Assembly (NCBI GenBank): GCA_023484045.1
Contig: JAMDAA010000036.1
Location: 1 to 41,452 of the forward strand
Length of the DNA: 41,452 nt
Source of the DNA: Patescibacteria group bacterium
GTDB taxonomy: Bacteria > Patescibacteriota > Microgenomatia > Levybacterales > UBA12049
Reading direction: 5' to 3'
Position numbers and translations under genes: made by a program. The notes under the pieces are model-generated. The model saw only the letters and a program-made list of their open reading frames with translations. It made no database searches and had not been told where the DNA came from. Shown one piece after another: positions 8,832 through 17,870 of this stretch; position 1 is the stretch's first letter, and every line of letters starts with the position of its first letter.

Positions 8832-8870
8832 AACACATGTAAAGGTTCCACCTTTACATACTCTTTACAT
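8832..8870. repeat. Left inverted repeat, internally palindromic
   Basis: AACACATGTAAAGGTTCCACCTTTACATACTCTTTACAT; matches the reverse complement of 9729-9765 with one mismatch and a 2-nt indel. Confidence 0.88.
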
Positions 8871-9005
8871 TTGAATCTCAACCAAAGAGCGATGTTATAT
8901 ATCTAAACTCAAAGATAACAAAAGATAACAAAAATCGTACTTTCTCAAACCAAGCTAACAACATTGACTTATCAGATCAAGCATACTAAAATCCGATTTA
9001 AATTT

Positions 9006-9734
9006 ATGGCAGCCGAACGAAAAATAAATTCAGAAAATAAATCAGGACGAGAGACAGTTTTTCAAAGATCGGTTTGTGCTTGGGTGTTACGACATTTTAA
9101 ACCAGATCCAGAATATCGATCAGAGCCAGCTTTAACAGATGAAGCGCCTTTTGAAGCACAGAAAACTGCGCGAGAAATTTTAGAACAAATATCCGATGGA
9201 GAAATCATTGTTATTTACAAATCTGGGCCAAAACCTAGGCACAAAGCGACTAGAGAATTATTGGTCTCAGAACTAAAAAAACAAGTAAATCGATTAGAAA
9301 GACACATCGAAATTATCGAGCTTCCTGATACAAAGATGTATAAACAAAATTCGTTGAGAACAGCGGGTTTTACAGATGAGTATATAGAAAAGGCAGGAGG
9401 ATTAGAAAACACGGTTTCTTATTGGCTTAGAACCTCTGATTCGATGGGAAATGTAGTTGATACGCCCGAAGAAGTAACGTTGAGATTAAAAGGGCTCATC
9501 AATGGATTATTTAGATTTACGAATTCTTACGGGCTCGGGCCTAAAGTTAATTGGATTCTTATCACTTCTGGGGAAATACTTGCTCCATTTATTTGTAAGG
9601 AATTCAAGGTTGCTGAAGGATTAGAGCCGGGGGAATGGGTATCATTTAATGTGGGCAACGGAGGATCTCTAGATATGGTGGAGATGAAGTATTGGCAAGG
9701 ACAATCTAAAAGCATAGATCTAAATGATATGTAA
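9006..9734 (+). CDS. Divergent histidine phosphatase superfamily protein
   Basis: WVLRHF (RH motif), SGPKPRHKAT (SPxxRAxxT-like), ETP-like DTPEEV, ILITSG where SHG is expected; ATG at 9006 preferred. Confidence 0.65.
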   Translation: MAAERKINSENKSGRETVFQRSVCAWVLRHFKPDPEYRSEPALTDEAPFEAQKTAREILEQISDGEIIVIYKSGPKPRHKATRELLVSELKKQVNRLERHIEIIELPDTKMYKQNSLRTAGFTDEYIEKAGGLENTVSYWLRTSDSMGNVVDTPEEVTLRLKGLINGLFRFTNSYGLGPKVNWILITSGEILAPFICKEFKVAEGLEPGEWVSFNVGNGGSLDMVEMKYWQGQSKSIDLNDM

Positions 9735-9765
9735 AGTATGTAAAGGTGTAACCTTTACATGTGTT
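9729..9765. repeat. Right inverted repeat, internally palindromic
   Basis: ATGTAAAGTATGTAAAGGTGTAACCTTTACATGTGTT; contains the last codon and stop of the enclosed gene. Confidence 0.88.
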
Positions 9766-9774
9766 TGTAGTGTT

Positions 9775-12357
9775 TTAAGGGGTTGGGTTTGGAGCGGCGG
9801 CTTCGGCAGGACAGTTAACCAAAGCTTTATTTATTTCATCCGGAGTTTTGTTTTCGGTCGTCATTTGCTCTCTTTTTACTTTACATTCGTTTATACTTGG
9901 GAAATAACAATGGGTCTTTGGTTCTGTTCCTGGCACAAAATACTCCTCAGACATTTTTGGACATCTGGCACAAGGCAAAAGTCCGTTTACAGCACAGATT
10001 TTAACCTTTACCATACCGGTCGGGGTATCAAAACTACCGCCTGATTTGCCCTTGAGAACATTTGTCATAATTTCATTCCAAATCGGTGCCGCACCAGTAA
10101 TTCCGGAGGTTAAAGTTGGGTTCATCGGTGAATTATTATTGTTTCCTACCCACGTTGCGACTAAAAAATCCGGAGTGTACCCGATCGTCCAGTTGTCTCT
10201 TTTCTCGTTTGTCGTCCCCGTTTTTACGGCCACTTTGTGTTCGGGGATTTCGAGTTTCGCGTAAGGGCCAAAGGCGGGCATTCTCGCGTCGTTATCGGAA
10301 AGGATGTTCGTTAGTTGATAAGCTGTGGTTTCCGGAATTACTCTCTCCCCGTCGGCCGCAGAGGCCTGCGCTTCCATTCCCATTTTTGCGAGCAAGCTTT
10401 TGTTCACTGTTTTTTCGTTTTCTTCGATCGTTTTACCATTTCGGTCTGTTATCTTTTCGACAGCTTTAAGATCCCGTCTTACTCCCATGTTCGGCAATAC
10501 CCCGTAGGCGGTTGCGAGTTCTGTCATTTTAACATCGCCCGCCCCAAGAGTTAGCGAAAGACCGTAATTTTTGAGATTTTTCCACGATTCGATTCCCATT
10601 TTCCGACCCAACTCGACCATTTTGTCCGGTCCGTACGTGTTTAAAACTTTAACAGCGGGAATATTCAGAGACATCGCGAGCGCTTGTTTTAAAGTGACAG
10701 GACCGCGGAATTTGCCGTCATAATTTACCGGCGCGTATGTTTCCCACGCATTACTATAAGAAACAGGGGAATCTACGATTATCGTTCCGGGAGTAAATTT
10801 ACCCCAGGATAGGGCGTAGGCATAATTTACCATTTTAATCGAAGATCCGGGTTGACGTCTTGCGACAGTTACGTTTACCTGACCTTCGTGTTTATCGTCA
10901 AAATAATCCCGAGATCCTACCATCGCCAGAATGCGTCCGTTTCTTGGTTCTGTGACTAAAGACGCGGCGTTAGAAATCCAATACATTTGTTCGACTTCTT
11001 CAACGTTTTCTTTAACAATCTTCTCAGCCATAAGTTGAATCGGTAAATCAAGAGTAGTTCGAATTGTTAAGCCGCCTTCTTGTACGAGCTTTTTGCCGTA
11101 TTTATGTTCTAATTCATCGATTACCCAGAAAACAAAATGGGGAGCCTGGATTTGGTTGTCGATAGAATAGAATACTAATTCTTTTTTATAAGCATCGTCG
11201 GCTTGTTTTTTAGTAATAAATTTCTTTTCGACCATCGCATCCAAAACCCTTTTTTGGTTTTTCTTATAAACGTCTCTTTTAGTCAGATACGGAGAATTTT
11301 TGGTCGGTGAGGAAGGAAGACTTGCGAGTAAACTTGCCTCTGCCAGATCGAGTTCAGACGTTTTTTTACCAAAATATTTTCTGGAAGCTGCCTCGATTCC
11401 ATACGCTGTTCCGCCGTAGGGCGTACTGTTTAAATACATTTCGAGTATTTTGTCTTTGGGATAAATTATATCGACCAGAAGCGCAAGATATGCTTCTTTA
11501 ATTTTTCGCTCCATGACCCGTCTGTTATCCCTTAAAAGATTTACCTTGACGAGCTGCTGAGTTATTGTCGAGCCTCCCTGTACGGGTTTTTTCTCGAGAT
11601 TATTTATAAAAGCCCTTGCTAAACCTTTTATGGAAATGCCGCGGTGATTATAAAAGTCTTTGTCTTCATAGGCGATCGTCGCTTGCTTTACAACGTCCGG
11701 AATTTTGTTTAGAGAAACAGGAATGCGATTTACCTCTCCGTTATAGATAACGTATAAAATCTTTCCGTTTTTATCTAAGACTTGACTGGACTGGGGGAGC
11801 GGTTTGTTCATAAGATCGTATGGACTCGGTAGATTTCTTAAAAAAAGCGCATAAAAGGCACCAACTGTTACAAACAATATAAATGTGGCACCGGCTACGG
11901 CATAAGTATATCTTTTTGGAATCGCGATTCTGGTTTCCCGAATTGTTTTTCCATAATTTTTGATACATTTTATTAATGCCTTCTGATTTTTATTAGCGGA
12001 TTCGAACAAATTAGCGTAAAAAACTTCGACGGGAGCTTTTTCATTATGTTTTGCTTTTAATCCAGATCCTTCTAGGAGCTTATTCAGTAGCAATACTAGA
12101 GTTAAACCGAATATAATCGTCGACCAACCGATAAGTTGAATAATATAAACAAAATGGAAAAAAGTAATTTTTATTCTCTTAAAGCAGTAGCTTAAAAGTT
12201 TTAAGTAGCCTAGGAAAAATTTAATCGTTAGCCAACCTACGCTCGTGAAAAATATGGCAAAAACTAAAACGACATTCTTTGATATATTTAATATCTTTTT
12301 ACTAATGTACTTTCCAAAATCATGAACTAATAAATCCAACTCGTTTTCTTTTGACAT
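9775..12357 (-). CDS. Class A penicillin-binding protein (transglycosylase/transpeptidase, PBP1A family)
   Basis: EDKDFYNHRG, GGSTITQQL, RKIKE, YLN; transpeptidase motifs SSIK, SLN and KTG. Confidence 0.96.
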   Translation of the reverse strand: MSKENELDLLVHDFGKYISKKILNISKNVVLVFAIFFTSVGWLTIKFFLGYLKLLSYCFKRIKITFFHFVYIIQLIGWSTIIFGLTLVLLLNKLLEGSGLKAKHNEKAPVEVFYANLFESANKNQKALIKCIKNYGKTIRETRIAIPKRYTYAVAGATFILFVTVGAFYALFLRNLPSPYDLMNKPLPQSSQVLDKNGKILYVIYNGEVNRIPVSLNKIPDVVKQATIAYEDKDFYNHRGISIKGLARAFINNLEKKPVQGGSTITQQLVKVNLLRDNRRVMERKIKEAYLALLVDIIYPKDKILEMYLNSTPYGGTAYGIEAASRKYFGKKTSELDLAEASLLASLPSSPTKNSPYLTKRDVYKKNQKRVLDAMVEKKFITKKQADDAYKKELVFYSIDNQIQAPHFVFWVIDELEHKYGKKLVQEGGLTIRTTLDLPIQLMAEKIVKENVEEVEQMYWISNAASLVTEPRNGRILAMVGSRDYFDDKHEGQVNVTVARRQPGSSIKMVNYAYALSWGKFTPGTIIVDSPVSYSNAWETYAPVNYDGKFRGPVTLKQALAMSLNIPAVKVLNTYGPDKMVELGRKMGIESWKNLKNYGLSLTLGAGDVKMTELATAYGVLPNMGVRRDLKAVEKITDRNGKTIEENEKTVNKSLLAKMGMEAQASAADGERVIPETTAYQLTNILSDNDARMPAFGPYAKLEIPEHKVAVKTGTTNEKRDNWTIGYTPDFLVATWVGNNNNSPMNPTLTSGITGAAPIWNEIMTNVLKGKSGGSFDTPTGMVKVKICAVNGLLPCARCPKMSEEYFVPGTEPKTHCYFPSINECKVKREQMTTENKTPDEINKALVNCPAEAAAPNPTP

Positions 12358-12501
12358 ATGGGCAGTTTGTCTTCGACAATTTTATATACATTTTCATAGT
12401 ATGATTGCATCAATTTGTTTGTCAATAGGCAATTTTATTATGGGTAATAAAAATACTCAAAAAATATTTTTTTTAAAATTTTCGCAAATTATTACAGGAT
12501 A

Positions 12502-12530
12502 TTGTAAAGTAGATTTTGTTCTTTTATGAT
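12502..12530 (+). promoter_or_regulatory. Sigma70-type promoter, probably giving a leaderless mRNA
   Basis: TTGTAA-17 nt-TATGAT ending 6 nt before the GTG at 12537. Confidence 0.55.
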
Positions 12531-12536
12531 TAATTT

Positions 12537-13493
12537 GTGAGCGGTAATAATCATTTTAACGGAAAAGATTTCTTAATCGGCCTTTTCGTTCTTTCTATTA
12601 TAATCATAATTTGTTTTTCCGTAGTCGTGAAAATTTTCCCCGGACTTCTTCCCGCAGGTCTTCGTGAAAACTCAGCAAAGGCAAAAAGTAATTCGGTTGC
12701 AAATCCTAATTTTTGTGACGAATATAAACTTTATAGTTCGATTAAACCCGGTACGAAACTTGAGTATAAAAGAAATATTAGGAGAGTGGATTGGATCGAT
12801 AAAGAATATAATTTTACGGTAAATTACACTGAATCTAAAAAAAATCTGGTTTCGTATGTTGTATCTGGAATCGGAAATTCCCTAGACAAGAATGACATCG
12901 CATGCAGCAGCGACGGGGTACAGATTCTTCCGTTTGACAAAGTTTTGATCGCGCAGCTTTTAAACACTGAGCCGGGTATTTCTGTCAATACAGAAACATT
13001 TTCCTATAAAGTCGGCACAAATTCGGCTTTTCTTTATGACAGCCAGGCGATCGAGCAGGGTACGAGCTGGAATGGGAAAATCGGACTAACAGGTGTACTC
13101 ACAATGCCCAATACGGGAGCATTAAAAGACTTGGGTTATTGTTTTAATCTAAATGCGGATGTGGTTTCTTCTTATGCCGGTGAACAAAAAGTTGCGATCG
13201 ATGCCGGCGAATATAATACGTATAAGATTGATTCAGTATTTATAGCAACTCCAGCAGCAGCATTGGATTTCAGAAGAAAAAGTTTTGAATGTGAAAAATA
13301 TAAAGGAAATTTTTACAGCAAAGCGATGGTTAAAGTAAAACAAGAAGCCTGGTATTCGCCAGGGATCGGGCTTGTTAAGCGACACATAACTCCAATCGAG
13401 GTTTCAGGGCAGACAAATTTTTTGCAGAACGGTAATCTACCTCTAGAAATTACGGACACTCTTGTTTCTTTTAAGCCTGCGAGCGGGAAATAA
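12537..13493 (+). CDS. Membrane-anchored exported beta-rich hypothetical protein
   Basis: N-terminal TM; AGEYNTYKI and WYSPGIGLVK motifs reminiscent of DUF3108/TapB-like proteins. Confidence 0.7.
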   Translation: MSGNNHFNGKDFLIGLFVLSIIIIICFSVVVKIFPGLLPAGLRENSAKAKSNSVANPNFCDEYKLYSSIKPGTKLEYKRNIRRVDWIDKEYNFTVNYTESKKNLVSYVVSGIGNSLDKNDIACSSDGVQILPFDKVLIAQLLNTEPGISVNTETFSYKVGTNSAFLYDSQAIEQGTSWNGKIGLTGVLTMPNTGALKDLGYCFNLNADVVSSYAGEQKVAIDAGEYNTYKIDSVFIATPAAALDFRRKSFECEKYKGNFYSKAMVKVKQEAWYSPGIGLVKRHITPIEVSGQTNFLQNGNLPLEITDTLVSFKPASGK

Positions 13494-14163
13494 GCCTCTT
13501 TTGAACCTGGGAGCTTTTGAGTTCAACGAGCGCGTTTGAAGAGATCCATCGGGCGGCTTTCGAATCAATTTTCTTGATCACTTCTGCGGTTTTGATCGCT
13601 TCTTTGTTCAATCTTAAATTTCTTTTTCCGATTTGGCGGAGTGCCCAGTTGACTGCTTTTTTGACAAAATTTCTTTCGTCGGTCGCTTCTCGTTTTACAA
13701 TCGGAAAAAATTTCAAAAAATCTTGGTCTTTTGCCTTTTTGTCGTGAACCGAAAGCGCGGCCATTAGCACAAAGCCGGTTCGTTTGACAAATTCTTTAGA
13801 ATTTTTACTAAATTCAAACGCTTTTTTCCAGGCAAACGGGGTTTTGTCGAACAAATTACTCACGACTTGGTCGCAAACGTCCCACGAGTCAAAATCAGCA
13901 GTCCACTGATCAATCTGCTTTTCGGTTACGAGTTTTGGATCGTCGATAAATCCTGCGAGTAATCTTGCTTCGTGGATTCCGCTTTCCCAAAGTTCAATCG
14001 CGAGTCCATGGTTTTTTCCTATACCTTTTGCTATATTTCTTATCTCGGGAATCGAAACCCCGAGAGTTCCTTTCGGGTTTATCCCAAACCTCGCCATACC
14101 TGCAACGTTTTTGGGATTAGCGAGTGATTTTAGTTTTTTGACTATATCCTGAGCAGAATTCAT
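13471..14163 (-). CDS. alkD: DNA alkylation repair protein, AlkD family
   Basis: LGVSIPEIR, LWESGIHEAR, DSWDVCD and DERNFVKKAVNWALRQIGK. Confidence 0.9.
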   Translation of the reverse strand: MNSAQDIVKKLKSLANPKNVAGMARFGINPKGTLGVSIPEIRNIAKGIGKNHGLAIELWESGIHEARLLAGFIDDPKLVTEKQIDQWTADFDSWDVCDQVVSNLFDKTPFAWKKAFEFSKNSKEFVKRTGFVLMAALSVHDKKAKDQDFLKFFPIVKREATDERNFVKKAVNWALRQIGKRNLRLNKEAIKTAEVIKKIDSKAARWISSNALVELKSSQVQKRLISRSQA

Positions 14164-14165
14164 AT

Positions 14166-14663
14166 CTATAAGTTAAAACGTTTTTTCCGCGCATCTGTTG
14201 CCATGTCTGATGCTTTTGCTATATCTTGGTCTATTTTTTCTTTTTTGTTAATTCCGACTCCATTAAAAGACACAGAACCCCCGTCTTTAGAGATAGAAAA
14301 CCATTCTATTATCTCTTTGTATCCGTCGGTTCGTCTTGCCGGAACAAATTTGATTCCTGAATCATCGAAAATGACCATTGAGTCATTAATACTAGGCAAG
14401 ATTTTACCTAAGAAAGATTCACCTTCGCCATAAACAAGCCTTCCTAGAAATTTCCCTTCAAAACCTGGATTTGGATGTGGTCTCAATACTATTTCTAAAT
14501 CTAAATTTTCGTATGTGATAAACATACTCTGAATACTCTGATTAGCAAAATATAAGATTTTTCCAGATGTAGCCTCTGCTATTTCTTCAGGTCTAACTTC
14601 TGAGAAATGTTTTATTTCAGGTTTTTGAGAAATCCCGCGTTCTGATGCTGGCGGTAATGCCAT
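14166..14663 (-). CDS. Hypothetical protein
   Basis: 165-aa ORF with SD GAGGTGA and an upstream minus-strand TTGACA-16-TATAAT (14729-14702). Confidence 0.7.
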   Translation of the reverse strand: MALPPASERGISQKPEIKHFSEVRPEEIAEATSGKILYFANQSIQSMFITYENLDLEIVLRPHPNPGFEGKFLGRLVYGEGESFLGKILPSINDSMVIFDDSGIKFVPARRTDGYKEIIEWFSISKDGGSVSFNGVGINKKEKIDQDIAKASDMATDARKKRFNL

Positions 14664-14760
14664 TATTTTTCACCTCTCTTTCTGGACAGAGGAATAGGGG
14701 TATTATAGAACTTTTTGTTTGAATGTCAATTTTTAATTTTATAATCCTATAGCTCACCCA

Positions 14761-14777
14761 TAGGGGTTTAACCCCTA
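14761..14777. repeat. Short palindrome upstream of pyrD
   Basis: TAGGGGTT-T-AACCCCTA. Confidence 0.55.
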
Positions 14778-14832
14778 CAAATTTGACCATTGACAAGAAG
14801 GTTATAAAAGGTTTAAAAATAGAAAAGTTTTT

Positions 14833-15774
14833 ATGGTTAAGACAAAAAAATCTTCAGGCCTCCTTGACCTTTCTGTAAAACTTTGTGGAGTTGTGCTCGA
14901 GAATCCGACTGTTTTATTTTCGGGAATTTATGAGGCGCCCCAAGATTTAATCAACGCTTCTAAAAACGGAGTCGGCGCGATCACGACAAAATCGGTCAGT
15001 ATTAATTTAAGAGAAGGGTACCAACAGCCAAGAATCGTAAAATTTGATCACGGATTTTTAAACGCGGTCGGGCTTAAAAATCCTGGGCTCGAAAAAGCTA
15101 AAGAAGAGCTTAAAAAAATGCTTTCGGAAGCAAAAACTCCGGTAATCACGAGTATCGTTGCCAATAAAACTTCTGAATTTCAGAAACTCGCAAAAGAGAT
15201 AGCGGAGCTAAAACCCCATTTTTTAGAATTAAATCTTTCCTGTCCTAATGTCGAGGCAGAATTCGGCCGGCCGTTTGCGACAGACGCGAAAATTTCGGCA
15301 AAAGTCGTGAAAGCAGTTAAAAAAGTAAGCAAAAAAGTTCCGGTGATCGCAAAACTGACACCCAATGTTTTAGACATAAAAGAAATCGCAAAGGCGGTAG
15401 AAAAAGCGGGCGCGGATTTGATTTCTGCGATAAACACAGTCGGGCCCGGGATGGTGATCGATATTAAAACCAAAAAACCAAAACTCGGAAACAAAAGGGG
15501 AGGAGTTTCGGGTCCGGCGATAAAACCGGTTGCCATTCGTTGTGTTTATGATATTTACGAAGTAGTAAAAATCCCGATTATCGGCGGCGGCGGGATCACC
15601 ACGGGCGAAGATGCGGTCGAAATAATAATGGCAGGTGCAACAGCGGTCGGAATCGGTTCGGCGGTTTATTTACGCGGAAGAAACGTTTTTACAGAAATTT
15701 GTAAAGAAATGGAAACTTTTATGAAAAAAGGAGGATACAAATCATTAAAAGAAATCCGCGGCGCTGCTCATTAA
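14833..15774 (+). CDS. pyrD: Dihydroorotate dehydrogenase, family 1 catalytic subunit
   Basis: GAITTKS, NAVGLKNPG, ELNLSCPN (catalytic Cys), AKLTPN, INT, GGVSGPAIKP. Confidence 0.96.
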   Translation: MVKTKKSSGLLDLSVKLCGVVLENPTVLFSGIYEAPQDLINASKNGVGAITTKSVSINLREGYQQPRIVKFDHGFLNAVGLKNPGLEKAKEELKKMLSEAKTPVITSIVANKTSEFQKLAKEIAELKPHFLELNLSCPNVEAEFGRPFATDAKISAKVVKAVKKVSKKVPVIAKLTPNVLDIKEIAKAVEKAGADLISAINTVGPGMVIDIKTKKPKLGNKRGGVSGPAIKPVAIRCVYDIYEVVKIPIIGGGGITTGEDAVEIIMAGATAVGIGSAVYLRGRNVFTEICKEMETFMKKGGYKSLKEIRGAAH

Positions 15775-15776
15775 AA

Positions 15777-16631
15777 ATGAAGGATAGTTTTATTTCGGCT
15801 ATCAGAAAAAATTGGAAAAAGAAGAAAACGATGGTTTGTGTTGGCTTAGACAGCGAATACAGTAAAATTCCTCAATTTCTTAAAAATAAATATTTTTCTT
15901 GCGAAAAAACGATTTTGGAGTTCAATAAAGCGATTATTAAGAATACTTTTGATCTAGTTTGTTGCTATAAGATTCAGTATGCTTTTTATGGCGCTTTGGG
16001 AGAAGAAGGGATTTCGGCTTTGAGAAAAACGATCGAATATATTCACGAAAGACATCCTGAAATTCCGGTTATTTTAGACGCAAAAAGAAACGATATCGGA
16101 AATACCTCCGAAGCTTACGCGGTTGAAGTTTTCGACAATTTCGGAGCAGACGCTGCAACGATCAATCCCTATTTAGGAAAGGATTCCTGCGAACCGTTTT
16201 TAGAGAGAAAAGACAAAGGCGTAATTCTACTTTGCAGAACTTCAAATCTCGGAGCAGGGGATTTTCAGGATTTAATTACAAATTTCAACGGTAAGAAAAT
16301 GCCTTTGTATCAAGTTGTCGCGACAAAAATTAGCCGGGATTGGAATAGAAACGGAAACTGCTGTTTAGTGATGGGCGCGACATATCCAAAACAGCTCAAA
16401 ATAGTAAGAAATATAACAGGCGATATGCCGTTTTTGGTTCCGGGGATCGGGTCGCAAGGAGGGTACTTGGAAAACACGATAAAAAATGGTATAGATAGTA
16501 AAGGAGCCGGTCTAATTATCAATTCTTCAAGAGGAATTATTTTTGCGTCAAACGATAAAGATTTTGCCCGGAAAGCGAGGGAAGAAGCGATAAAACTCAA
16601 GAGAGATATTGACAAATATAGATATAATTAA
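15777..16631 (+). CDS. pyrF: Orotidine-5'-phosphate decarboxylase (subfamily 2)
   Basis: VCVGLD, ILDAKRNDIGNT, NPYLG, RTSN, LVPGIGSQGG, INSSRGI. Confidence 0.96.
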   Translation: MKDSFISAIRKNWKKKKTMVCVGLDSEYSKIPQFLKNKYFSCEKTILEFNKAIIKNTFDLVCCYKIQYAFYGALGEEGISALRKTIEYIHERHPEIPVILDAKRNDIGNTSEAYAVEVFDNFGADAATINPYLGKDSCEPFLERKDKGVILLCRTSNLGAGDFQDLITNFNGKKMPLYQVVATKISRDWNRNGNCCLVMGATYPKQLKIVRNITGDMPFLVPGIGSQGGYLENTIKNGIDSKGAGLIINSSRGIIFASNDKDFARKAREEAIKLKRDIDKYRYN

Positions 16632-16634
16632 TAT

Positions 16635-16766
16635 GGGTCCTGTCAGAGGTTTCCTTCCCGCCTCCGCTAAAGCTACGGCGGGCAGGCCCGCCAGCGGTGC
16701 TTCGCCCCTCGAAGTCCGGCTCTGCCGGACGAAGTGGGGTCGGGAGCCCTTCCACCTCTGCCACCC
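16635..16766. repeat. GC-rich composite hairpin element between pyrF and pyrE
   Basis: Outer stems GGGT/ACCC, CAGAGGT/ACCTCTG and TCCCG/CGGGA enclose two inner palindromes (16657-16686 and 16704-16740). Confidence 0.75.
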
Positions 16767-16785
16767 GTTACATTTATATAAAGAT

Positions 16786-17385
16786 ATGGAAAAGAAAAAC
16801 CTAGTTTTAAATCTCTTTAAATGCGGGTGCATTAAGTTTGGAGACTTTACTTTAAAATCCGGGATGAAATCGCCGATCTATATTGACCTTCGGGTTTTAG
16901 TTTCCCACCCCGATGTTTTAAAACAAGCGGCCCGCGCTTATATTTCGATTTTAAAAACATTAAAATTTAAACGCATCGCCGGAATCCCATACGCAGCACT
17001 TCCGATCGCGAGCGCGATTAGCCTTTTATCTTCGCGTCCGATGATTTACACCCGCAAAGAAGTAAAAGATTACGGGACAAAAAAGGCGATCGAAGGAATG
17101 TTTAAAAAAGGAGAGAAAATTGTGGTGATCGACGATATGGTTACAACCGGCGCGTCAAAATTCGAGGCTATTAATCCACTCGAAATGGCCGGGCTTAAAA
17201 TTGAAGACGTTGTCGTGTTAATCGATCGGGAACAAGGAGCAAGAAAGCAGCTGGAGAAAAAAGGATATCGCCTGCATGCGGTTTTAGGCTTAACGGGAAC
17301 ATTGGACATCTTTTTTAAAGAGAGAAAAATTACGAAGAAAAAAATGGAAGAAACCCTAAAATTCTTAGCCGCGAATAGGGTTTAA
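16786..17385 (+). CDS. pyrE: Orotate phosphoribosyltransferase
   Basis: FGDFTLKSGMKSPIYIDLR, RKEVKDYG and PRPP motif VVIDDMVTTGAS; true start most likely ATG 16786. Confidence 0.95.
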   Translation: MEKKNLVLNLFKCGCIKFGDFTLKSGMKSPIYIDLRVLVSHPDVLKQAARAYISILKTLKFKRIAGIPYAALPIASAISLLSSRPMIYTRKEVKDYGTKKAIEGMFKKGEKIVVIDDMVTTGASKFEAINPLEMAGLKIEDVVVLIDREQGARKQLEKKGYRLHAVLGLTGTLDIFFKERKITKKKMEETLKFLAANRV

Positions 17386-17401
17386 AACTTTTATTTCTAG
17401 G

Positions 17402-17644
17402 TCAGGCGACTCCTAGCTTGGTTACTTCTTTTCTTGATAGATCAGGCTCTGTAGTTGCTTCTTTTATAGGCGTGAATCCCTTTTTTGTCATCGTACCCAA
17501 TTCGTCATTGACCATGGCTAGTCCACAAAGCTCAGACTCTATGGCATCCTGCTGATAATTTGGGGTGTAATCATTCCAGAAACAATCATTATAATTTAAA
17601 AATAAACATCCGGTGCAAAAGGTTTTTTCTTCGTTTTCTGGCAT
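17402..17644 (-). CDS. Small Cys-rich hypothetical protein
   Basis: 80 aa, CxxC...C...C pattern (FCTGC, DCF, LCG); downstream of tRNA-Pro on the same strand. Confidence 0.55.
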   Translation of the reverse strand: MPENEEKTFCTGCLFLNYNDCFWNDYTPNYQQDAIESELCGLAMVNDELGTMTKKGFTPIKEATTEPDLSRKEVTKLGVA

Positions 17645-17722
17645 ACATTTACATTTATTAATATGGATTCTATTCTAAGTTGTTGCTTCTGTCAAATTGG
17701 TCCGCCTGTAACCGGGTATTTG

Positions 17723-17794
17723 TCGGGGTGCTGGGAATTGAACCCAGTGGCTCTCGGTCCCGAACCGAGCGTGATACCGGTTCACTACACCCCG
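17723..17794 (-). tRNA. tRNA-Pro (CGG)
   Basis: Cloverleaf: acceptor CGGGGTG/CACCCCG, D stem GTGA/TCAC, anticodon arm CTCGG-TTCGGGA-CCGAG, T arm CTGGG-TTCAATT-CCCAG, discriminator A; CCA not encoded. Confidence 0.95.
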
Positions 17795-17834
17795 AACGTT
17801 TTCTATTTTAACCTTCTTAGTGTTAAAATACAAA

Positions 17835-17864
17835 TAAGTAGCTTAAGTTTCTTAAGTTACTTAA
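17835..17864. repeat. 9-nt tandem array upstream of the four-helix-bundle gene
   Basis: TAAGTAGCT TAAGTTTCT TAAGTTACT TAA. Confidence 0.85.
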
Positions 17865-17870
17865 AAGAAG

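Noticed and set aside
8701-8963. Replication origin in the repeat-rich intergenic region
   Set aside because: No DnaA boxes (TTATCCACA) seen and no dnaA or dnaN nearby.
16635-16766. SRP RNA or PyrR attenuator
   Set aside because: I could not find the SRP domain IV motif or the PyrR binding-loop consensus on either strand; no U-tract terminator and no pyrR in the window.
16609-16785. N-terminal extension of PyrE in the ORF track
   Set aside because: It is translation through a palindromic element; PyrE similarity starts at ATG 16786.
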